Origin: Marsupella aquatica | Taxonomy: Eukaryota > Plantae > Marchantiophyta | Direction of reading: 5' to 3' | Assembly (NCBI GenBank): GCA_973895155.1 | Contig: OZ316893.1 | Location: forward strand, 62,001-126,000 | Length of the DNA: 64,000 nt | In this document: positions 54,901-64,000 of the stretch, in pieces | Numbering within the stretch: the first letter of the stretch is position 1 | Layout: the number at the start of each line of letters is the position of its first letter | The notes under the pieces: generated by a model | The model's database searches: none | What the model was told of the DNA's origin: nothing | The model's input: only the letters and a program-made list of their open reading frames with translations | Translations under genes and position numbers: made by a program

Positions 54901-56193
54901 CTTCTGTTACTGCCGGACACTCATCGGTTCTCGAAACGACTTTCATTCCGTCGGGGTGCAACACCTCCGGGCTTCGGCCTCCACCATCAGAACTATCGAC
55001 TTGCTTATCCTCCAACTCGGTCGTTGGACTCCTCTTGATATCGATGTTGCGATTCGGCTGGGCAGCACTAGTTCGCCTCGGGGGACTCCGCTCTGATTTG
55101 GAATCCAACCTCTAAAAGGTGGGAGTGCCTGTCATCCTCGTCACCCCAAACGCTCTATAACCCTCGGGGCCGATGCTCTCCATCTCATCTTTTGTTTTCT
55201 TCATGCACAACCCTGGCACGTCGCCCTTTTGTGCTCCACTCTATCTTCTAGACCCTAAACTTCCTGAAATGACTCAGCGGATCGAGCCTTCTTTGCTGGC
55301 CCCGGAGCTGCACACCCAGATCCTACCTTGCGCTTCATGACGACGTCCTTCCATCATTCACCTAAATTGTCCACGCTTCGGTGCAGCGTGGTAGCTTCCA
55401 ATGCCCGTGCCCACAACGGTGGAGTGGACAGCCGCTTGAATGCCTACCACACGATTGTCCACTACGGCCAGCAGCTCAACACACCTCCGCTCCGGAAGAG
55501 AAGAACACCAAACAAATGAATCAACAATGACACGGTAAAGGCTTCCAAGGATCATCCACCCCAAATCCTAAACCTTATAGACGACCAGACGCCAGCCCTA
55601 TACTTGTCACACTCCAATCGTTCATTCGCCCTCAACAAACTCCTCCACTCGCAAACCCAACTCCTGTAATCAATTCAAATCAGTGTCCCACCGGGATCTG
55701 CCCAAAAATACCCTATCGCGGGTCGCTTAAACCCTCAACGGCTGTCAGTCGAGCCTACTATTAACGATACCATCAAGCAATTGAAGCTGAAATCACAAGA
55801 GAACAAAAGGCTATTTCTGCCCGGAACAAGACAAAGAAAGAAGCTCGAACCAGACCAACAAAACTACCATAAATCCTAAACCTCTTGGGCTGTCTCGGCC
55901 GTCCCTAAAACCAGGACCCCCACCCCGCCCCTCCGCCCGACCCTAAAACCCCCCGCTCCCAAACAATAAAAAGGCAGAGGTTTAGGGTTTAGGGTGCTCT
56001 TCTTTTCCTTTTCCCTCTTATCTCCTAATGCGATGTAGTTTCTTTGTTTCCACTTTCCTTTAATTCCCCATCTCTCATCCCCTCCCCCTAGGAACTTAGG
56101 GTTTAGGGATGGAGGTGAAGGCAGCAGTGCGCCCTCCCATTCTCTCATTTTCCCGATTCTTTCTCATCAGGTGAGAGTAGTCAATTCTCAGAA

Positions 56194-57693
56194 TTGGAGA
56201 GCACCTCTTCTAGAAGGAACTGGAGGCCAATGAGCAGCCATATCCGAGCTCCTGAGGCCATTGTCGGATCTCCAATTGTAGGAGTGTCGACCATGGACGG
56301 ACTGCTGTCTGTGATCGGTGTCCAAGACAGGCACACACCCACCGTCTGCCCCGTTTTGGACGCCGTCCCACAGAAGAGGAAGCGAGGTCGGCCAAGGAAG
56401 CATCCCATCGTAATGCCAATCGCATTACTGGATAATGAAGCTCCTCAGCTCTTGACAGAGAAGAGGAAACGAGGTCGTCCCAGGAAACATCCTATTGTTG
56501 TGGGGGAGCATCCCATCGTAATGCCTATCGCATTACCTGATAACGAAGCAGCTCCTCGGCTTCTGACAGAGAAGAGGAAACGAGGACGGCCCAGGAAGCA
56601 TCCTACTGCAATGGGGTCAAGGAAGCATCCCATCGAAATGCCTATCGCATTACCTGATAATGAATCAGCTCCTCGGCTTCTGACAGAGAAGAGGAAACGA
56701 GGTCGGCCCAGGAAGCATCCTACTGCAATGGGGTCAAGGAAGCATCCCATCGAAATGCCTATCGCATTACCTGATAATGAAGCAGCTCCTCGGCTTCTGA
56801 CAGAGAAGAGGAAACGAGGTCGGCCCAGGAAGCATCCTACTGCAATGGGGTCAAGGAAGCATCCCATCGAAATGCCTATCGCATTACCTGATAATGAAGC
56901 TCCTCGGCTCTTGACAGAGAAGAGGAAACGAGGTCATCCCAGGAAGCATCCTATTGAAATGGGGCCAAGGGAGCATCCAATCGTAATCGTAATGCATATC
57001 CCATTACCTGATAACGAAGCAGCCCCTCGGCTTCTGACAGAGAAGAGGAAACGAGGGCGGCCCAGGAAGCATACTATTGCAATGGCTACCACACTGCCCG
57101 ACGGTGATGGTGAAGCTCCTCGTCTGTTGAGATCTCCAGATAATGGCGAGGCTGTTGGTGGTGCAAGCAGAATGAACGAGAAGTTCAACATGCCCGACGA
57201 TGGTGGTGCTGCTGCTAAGTTCAGTGGTCGTGACAACACAACCAGCCACAAGGACAAGCCCAGTGCCGAGTGTGAGAAATGTGCTGATGTTGAGTCTGGC
57301 TTGGCTAAGGAGTTGCTGCAGAGGATGGATAAGGACATCACAGAGAGAAAGTCAGACTTATCTAAGTTTATGACACTCCTTTCGGAGACTAGGCAATGGC
57401 AGTTATGTGACGATGTAAACAGAATGAACGAGAAGTTCAAGATGCCCGAAAATGGTGGTGCTGCTGCTAAGTTCAGTGGTCGTGACAACACAACCAGCCA
57501 CAAGGACAAGCCCAGTGCCGAGTGTGAGAAATGTGTTGATGTTGACTCTGGGTTGGCCAAGGAGTTGCTGCAGAGGATGGATAAGGACATCACGGAGAGA
57601 AAGTCAGACTTATCTAAGATTATGACACTCCTTTCGGAGACTAGGCAGTGGCAGGTACGTGAGGATGTAAACAATCGGAGGCTAAAAACTTAA
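56194..57693 (+). CDS. Multi-AT-hook tandem-repeat protein
   Basis: Seven KRKRG(R/H)PRKH motifs in ~40-aa (120 bp) repeats, then two ~83-aa repeats with CEKC and a coiled coil. Open frame; first ATG at ~56230. Confidence 0.75.
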   Translation: MESTSSRRNWRPMSSHIRAPEAIVGSPIVGVSTMDGLLSVIGVQDRHTPTVCPVLDAVPQKRKRGRPRKHPIVMPIALLDNEAPQLLTEKRKRGRPRKHPIVVGEHPIVMPIALPDNEAAPRLLTEKRKRGRPRKHPTAMGSRKHPIEMPIALPDNESAPRLLTEKRKRGRPRKHPTAMGSRKHPIEMPIALPDNEAAPRLLTEKRKRGRPRKHPTAMGSRKHPIEMPIALPDNEAPRLLTEKRKRGHPRKHPIEMGPREHPIVIVMHIPLPDNEAAPRLLTEKRKRGRPRKHTIAMATTLPDGDGEAPRLLRSPDNGEAVGGASRMNEKFNMPDDGGAAAKFSGRDNTTSHKDKPSAECEKCADVESGLAKELLQRMDKDITERKSDLSKFMTLLSETRQWQLCDDVNRMNEKFKMPENGGAAAKFSGRDNTTSHKDKPSAECEKCVDVDSGLAKELLQRMDKDITERKSDLSKIMTLLSETRQWQVREDVNNRRLKT

Positions 57694-58099
57694 TAGCCTC
57701 CCCAAGGCGAGGTCTGAACTGGAGTGAATGTACGAACATAAGCAAGCATTTCCCTGTAGGAAATAGATTAGACACATTTTGTAGGTTAGACAGGTAGAAG
57801 GTTAGACACATTTTGGTAATTAGAATCGAGAGTGAGTAAGGGAGTGCGCAATTTCAGTGGCGTAGGGTGCTGGATGGTTGTAGCTTAGCAGAAATTTGTG
57901 GTTTTCAGCAGGCAGCTTAGTTTTGTTTCAAGGTTCAATTTGCCTTGGTGAAGTCGGCATCCCTCGCAGAGAGCTTTTCCCAAGACGGAGCAACCAAGAG
58001 TAGCGTCTAACCCGTCGAGGAATGACAATGTATGAAGTTTCAAATTTTTTTCTAGTAAAGATCAACTCAGTTTCTTACCGGTGAAGGGGTCTTGCATCA

Positions 58100-59150
58100 A
58101 CCATGCCACTTTCGAGAGGATTGGAATCCTAGGTGTATATGGGCCAAACACACCCAGGGAGAGAGCTGATCTCTGGTAGGAACTCTTTAATCTGCTGGAC
58201 CCGTCTGGCAAATGGATTTTCATGGGGGGTTTCAAAATGACATGATTGAGGGCAGGAAAGACCCTAAAGAACCACCAGCATCGTGGCTGGAAGGGAATTG
58301 AGAGCCTGGCGTCACCTGAAGAGGAGATTCCATTTAGAGGATACTTTACTTTCCTGCGGCAACCGACGCACTTGAAATTCAGCTGGGCCAGTAAGAGGAG
58401 GCACCGTCACAACACTCGGACTCAGGCTAGTAGCCGTAGGGGGGGATCGGATTATCAGAAGAATTGACAGTACTACCAAAGGAGATGAACTGTAAATTCT
58501 CCATTCTCTGTCTCACCATGACCCTATCTGTCTGTGCAACAATTTGTCCGCTCACTTCCACAAAACGTTTCTCTCGACACAGGATGAATACTGCACATCA
58601 ATTACAGACAGCATATCAAGACAGAATTGCACAGGAGGAGGAGGAGCAAGAGGAGCTGACACCCGATGCCACGCTATCTCATTGTCTTAATATTGCTAGG
58701 AAGGTGGACAGGTGCTGTGGCAAGCAGAGGGCTGTAGAGCGCCATCTACGGGAGTCGATTCTACGAGGGAACTTGGCCCAAGCACAGCTGCGTCTTGAGT
58801 TGGACCCACAAGATCTCTATGCACAGGCCACTGTTAAGGAGGCTGAGGGGTTCATCCATGAATTTGATGGTGAGCGTGCCAAGTGGATGGACATTATGCT
58901 GCAAACGAGATGGATTGAGGATGGTAATAAATGTTGCAACCTTTATTTCAAATCTTTCGAAGGAATGGCAATGAGCAACGAAATCCCCTGCCTTTTCCGT
59001 AAGGATGGGCAACTGGTGTCTGAATGGAGCGAGATGGAGGAGGGTTTAGGGGTTAGTGCCATCCACCCTGACCAACTTGCTCAGGTGATTGTTTTGCAGA
59101 TTGACAGGATTAACGGTGCTGAACCCTAAACCTTGGACTTGCCCTTGACT
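58100..59150 (+). mobile_element. Decayed L1-type LINE ORF2 fragment (endonuclease-RT linker)
   Basis: RWIEDGNKCCNLYFK resembles the W...GD....F linker; a degenerate GGDFN-like region lies near 58220. Confidence 0.55.
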
Positions 59151-61299
59151 CTTGAGGAATTGGAGAAAGCTCGTCTGCCATGGAGATGGGAAGGCATTCA
59201 CATTGCACAACACTGACATTTCTGAACAACAATTGGTTAAAACTGTCTCCGATCGTTTGCACGCTAGGCTGGTCCGGATAGGTAAGAGGTCTGGGTCTCT
59301 CATTGCTAGAGTCACAGTGGCCAACCCACCTCATTATGAGCACCATCTGGTACTTCCTCACAGTGTGGGCTGGCAACCAGAAGACATTGGATGAATTGCA
59401 GACGAAAATCACTACCTTTGTATGGGCAGGGCAGAATTAGACCTAGGGTAGACTTAGCCACAATCACCAGACCTAGGGTAGGCTTATCTGGTGTGCAGGT
59501 TGAGAATTCCCTGACACTCACACACACCTACAACACAATTTATTAGTTACATTACTGTTGAGCTCATGATATTCTTCACTCACTCAGTGTATGCTCGAAC
59601 ACATTCCTTAGGTTAAATCATTTTAATAATCTTCTACTCACTATAATATACCATCCCGCCTTTTTGTGCTCATCGTCTGCTTACAAAATACACTTTTGGA
59701 GGGAACTCATTATGACCATTGGATACAAAACTTAAATTTTCCTGCCCATCAGATCTCTGTAAGGAAGAATAAAGAGTTTGTCCTAACCTGAGGCACGGAT
59801 GGGCTTACATCCAAACCTAGACTCATACACAAACATCTAGAAATAGGTCATACCATTCACGTAAAGTAAAAAGTATAGACAGAGTACAATACAAATTAAG
59901 TTGTGAGTTCAAAAGGGATGATTTATAGGAAAGTGAAAAAAATTAAGTGTACTAGGAGTGTTATTTTCTAACCTCTTTAAAGTACTTTTTCCAAGTTTAA
60001 CATTCAATTCCTAAATTGTTTATTGCAATAACCTTATTGACCAAAAGACACAACGGCCTTAAGAATAAAATGGCCCCAACCACGAAAATGGCCAGAGTGA
60101 TAAATGATTGTAACAATGAAATAGTTGTAACAATGAAATGGTTGTCATGACAAATGTGCAATGCAAGTTAGGGCAATGTGTCAAATCGCTTTATAAAAAA
60201 CTAACTCATCTCAAAGAGTTAGTGCAATCTACAAAAGTGGAGAAGGGAGGAACAAAGCAATACCATCAGATATATTCCAATAAATTTGACACCCTTGGCT
60301 TGGATTGAGTGAAAAGGGATCACCTATGGAAGTGAATACCATGGATATTTTTGCTTCTAAAGTACGTATTTACGAAATACATGTGCTGGCTAAGTACTTT
60401 CAAGAACGACATGTGCATTACGTTGGGTTTCAGATTTAATATATTTATTTTTGCTAAGGAGAAGAGAAATTCTCATTTTTATGAGAGATATCATTTATCT
60501 TTTGCTCCATGTTGTTTCTTCTTCTCTTTCTTAATCATGTTGGAAGGGGGAGAGGGAGGTGCCAAAGAGCCAGGATGGGAGACTGGAAGGAAAGAAAGGT
60601 AGGGCACATAAGAGGATTGCTCTTAGTCTTGTGACTCTAGGGCTAACCGGAGTTAGCCTAACTCTGGTTAGGACTTAGCTTAGGTTAGCAGTGATGCATG
60701 CTGTATGGTCTCACTATATGGGGAACTCCCAATCACCTGCGACATTTGTAGGCCTCCGACCCCCTAAAATACAAGAAACAAAAATTATTTTTAACCCCTA
60801 TAAAGTTAGAATATTTCTGGAATATTCCAAAAATCCGGATTCTGCAAGTCTTCCCTTAGAACCAATAAAACTACCCTACCCTATCCTTCATAGCACATGA
60901 TATGCCATTTTTGTGGAAGTGAAACCCCGGAGCTGATGCCAACCCCCGGTGGATCTTCAGTTCATTGTTGGGGTGGAGCAAGAGACAAATAAAGGTCTCT
61001 TGCTTTCCCATAGACATAGCCTCAGTTCTCAGGTGAACCACATATTCTCTGTGTCGACTACTTTGTATGGTGTTCACATGTGCAAGGTGTCTCTGGATAA
61101 GGATTATCCCCAACAGAGGAGATTGAAAGAAAAAAAGGGCATTTCTCTCCCTCCATATAGCAGAGGGCGACCTCACTTAACCCCATAACACCCCAGCCGC
61201 TGCCCAGTCTTGCCTTCCCTCCCATGCTCTCACCCTCACACACAACATTGCCCACAACATTGCTTTCACAATAGCACCTTGGGACATGCTTTACCTCAA

Positions 61300-62336
61300 T
61301 ATCTTTATTTCTCGCCTTCACATATTTTGCTCATCTTGATATCTTTTTATCTCTTCGAAAACTTTTTATCATATTGACATGTTTTCTCTCCTTGACATCT
61401 TTTCTTCAACTCAATGTTCTTTTCAATCTCACATTGACATATTTTTCTCACTTAGACATCGCACGATCCTCTCCTTTACACCTTTTCTCTCCTAGAAAAA
61501 TCTTTTATCACCTCGACATCATTTTCTCACCTTTATATATTTTCTCTTCTTGACATATTTTCTCTTTGGCATCTTTGACTCAACTCAACATCATATTCTC
61601 ATTTTCACATTTTTCTAACATGGACATGATTTCCTCACCTTAATAGCATTTAGTCACCTTGACATTTTTCTCTCCTCGACATCTTTTCCGCACCTCAACG
61701 TCATTGTCTCATCTCAACATCTTTCCTCGATATCTTTCCTCACCTCAACATCTTAATTTTGTGCAACGCACTGGCATTGGGCTAAACACACACTAAACTA
61801 AATTGTCTTACAAAAATTGACTTTTATCGTCCCAAACAGAGCCTTGCAAGAGCCTTGGAAGCAAAACAAAGAGGGCTGGGGCAGGGGCAAGGAGAAAGGG
61901 GAAGGGGGACACGTGGATGGGAAAAGAGGGAGGGAGAGGCTTTATCTTGCCCCTTCCTGCCACGTGTAAGTGTGGAAAAAGTGTCAAGTTTATTTCTCAC
62001 CTCAAAATCTGTTGCCCTCTACTTTGCATCTTTTTCTTCTCAAAATCTTTTTCTCTCCTCAACATCTTTTGTTCACCTAGACATATTTTATCTCTTCAAT
62101 TTTTTTCTCACCTCACCATCTATTTCTCTCCTCAACATCTTTTCTCTCCTGGACATATGTTTCTCACTTGGACATTCTTTTAAATATCACCTTGACATCT
62201 TTTCTCTCCTCGACATCTTCTATCACCTCAACATCTTTTGCTCACCTCAACAGTTTTTCTCTTCTATACATCTCTCCTGGACATCTTTTGTGCTACCCTA
62301 AAACGGGCATCGGGCGGGGCATCGGGGCGGGCTAGT
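61300..62336 (+). repeat. Degenerate CTCGACATCTTTTCTCTC minisatellite, probably non-autonomous Helitron-like
   Basis: ~20-bp periodic units; Helitron-like ends GTGCAACGCAC..GGGCTA (61761-61786) and GC-rich..GGGCTAGT (62303-62336). Confidence 0.55.
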
Positions 62337-63241
62337 TTTACTATAAAAGAGCAAACGAAGTCTACTCTTAATTAAGGGCCTAGGGTCTAGGGGTGAAGCC
62401 TCTAGAAGTAACCCCAGTACAGACAAAAGTCCTCATCTCAATATAAATTAAATTTACGGTTTACAGTTTAGGGTATTAACTTCAAAGTAGTATGTGGGTC
62501 CAGCCCAATATTTTTTTCCAGCATCGGTAATATTATATTTCTTTGTTTTACTACTGTAGTTATTTTTCCTTAATATCTTTCCTGGTCATCAAGTGTGCAA
62601 AAAAATTCCAGACAACCCTTGGAACCTCCCTTGCCTACCACAATGATCTCTAAACCCTAAACCCTAAACGTGTGCCCTCCCTTGTGTGGGGATGGGCTGA
62701 AAGAAAAGGGGGGAAGACGGATGGAAAAGGTAAGAGAGAGAAGAAAATCACGAATAGCATTGAAATGTTTGTTGCCATAATCATACAAGTTACTCTTTGA
62801 GAAAACCAATGATGTACCCAAATATGGTGCCAAGAATTTAGAAGGAGCTTCTACTCTGGCTTCCACTCTGGGATACATAATTAATATTGTCATACCTTCT
62901 TTGTCTCCACCTCTCTCATGTTCTTCTCACCTTCCTGAGTAATCCACATTGCAGCTCTTCATTGTAGTTGTCATCTTGCTTGTTCTCATGACAAATTGTT
63001 CATCACAAGGGTAAGCGAGGAACGATCTTGGAGGCAAGCAGCTAGACAATCACCTACACTTCTCATCATTGTCTACCCAAATTTTTGTGCAATGGATATG
63101 TATTGCACTTGTCTATAAAATTATTTGCAAAAGTTGGCATCACTAGCAAACAAACTCAATAAAATATTAATAGCATTGGTTTTTAATTGTTTTGTCGGGA
63201 GACGGGTATACTTTTTGTTTGAATAGTGTATTTTATTCATG

Positions 63242-63960
63242 ACTAGCTCAATACCCGTGCGTTGCACAAAAGAAGTCATGTCGGCCAAGATGTCGTTGAG
63301 AAAAAAAGATGTCGTGTCGGCCAAGGGGTCGTTGAGAGAAAAGATGTAGTGTCAGCCAAGAGGTTGTGGAGAGAAAAAGATGTTGTGTCGGCCAAGAGGT
63401 CGTGGAGAGAAAAGATGTAGTGTCGGCCAAGAGGTCGTGGAGAAAAAAGATGTAGTGTCGGCCAAGAGGTCATGGAGAGAAAAGATGTTGTGTCGGCCAA
63501 GAGGTCGTTGAGAGAAAAAAGATGGCCAAGAGGTCATTAAGAGAAAAGAAGTCATTGAGGAAAACATTTGTCATGTCGGTCAAGAGGTCGTTGAGAAAAA
63601 AGATGTCATGTTGGCCAAGATGTTGTCAAGAAAACAATTGTCATGTCGGCTAAGATGTCGTTGAGAAAAAATATGTCGTGTCAGCAAAGACATCATTGAG
63701 GGAAAAGATGTCATGTCAGCCAAGACATCGTTGAGGGAAAATACCCGTGCATTGCACAAAAGATGTCCTTGAAGTCATTTTGCCAAAGATGCCATTATGT
63801 GAAAGATGTTGATAAGAAAAATGTGTCATTTTGCCAAAGATATCGTGAAGTAAAAGATGTTATAAAGAAGAAAAAGGTGTCGTTTCATCCAAGTCGTCAT
63901 TATGTGAAAGATGTTATGAAGTAAAAAGTCAAGGAGAGAAGGAGCAAGTCTTTTTCTTTG
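63242..63960 (-). repeat. ~35-39 bp minisatellite, Helitron-like element in the opposite orientation
   Basis: ACTAG..CCCGTGCGTTGCAC (reverse complement of a CTAG end with hairpin), followed by tcggccaagaggtcgtggagagaaaagatgt units. Confidence 0.6.
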
Positions 63961-64000
63961 TTTGTTTTTTTACCCAAAATGCCCTTGCATTTGAATGGCG

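Noticed and set aside
51936-55900. Possible decayed LINE ORF1 or other TE on the minus strand
   Set aside because: No motif could be recognised with confidence.
63260-63730. Regular repeats resembling a CRISPR array
   Set aside because: Head-to-tail degenerate minisatellite with no unique spacers, no cas genes and a eukaryotic context.

Overview
Repeat-rich nuclear DNA of a land plant; GT-AG introns, TTTAGGG motifs and the TE types suggest a seed-free plant such as a liverwort (inference). In order: (1) a decayed minus-strand Ty3/gypsy element whose RT is split by an ~11.2 kb TIR DNA transposon (275-11518). This transposon carries a Sola-like DDD transposase, an RPA-like OB-fold gene, a PMD-like/coiled-coil/RING gene and short-repeat arrays. 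(2) A LINE remnant. (3) The 3' two-thirds of an organellar-type isoleucyl-tRNA synthetase gene with two frameshifts. (4) A Crinkler-like SAM-header/REase/kinase gene followed by an RNase H fragment, with a duplicated, hypervariable header exon 3.2 kb upstream. (5) A MULE/SWIM transposase remnant. (6) Two nested non-chromovirus gypsy LTR sequences whose ~4 kb LTRs themselves encode large PMD-like coiled-coil proteins; one retains gag-pol, interrupted by a 1 kb MITE. (7) A multi-AT-hook repeat protein, a second LINE remnant and Helitron-like minisatellite elements. Domain calls come from motif recognition only; no database search was run.
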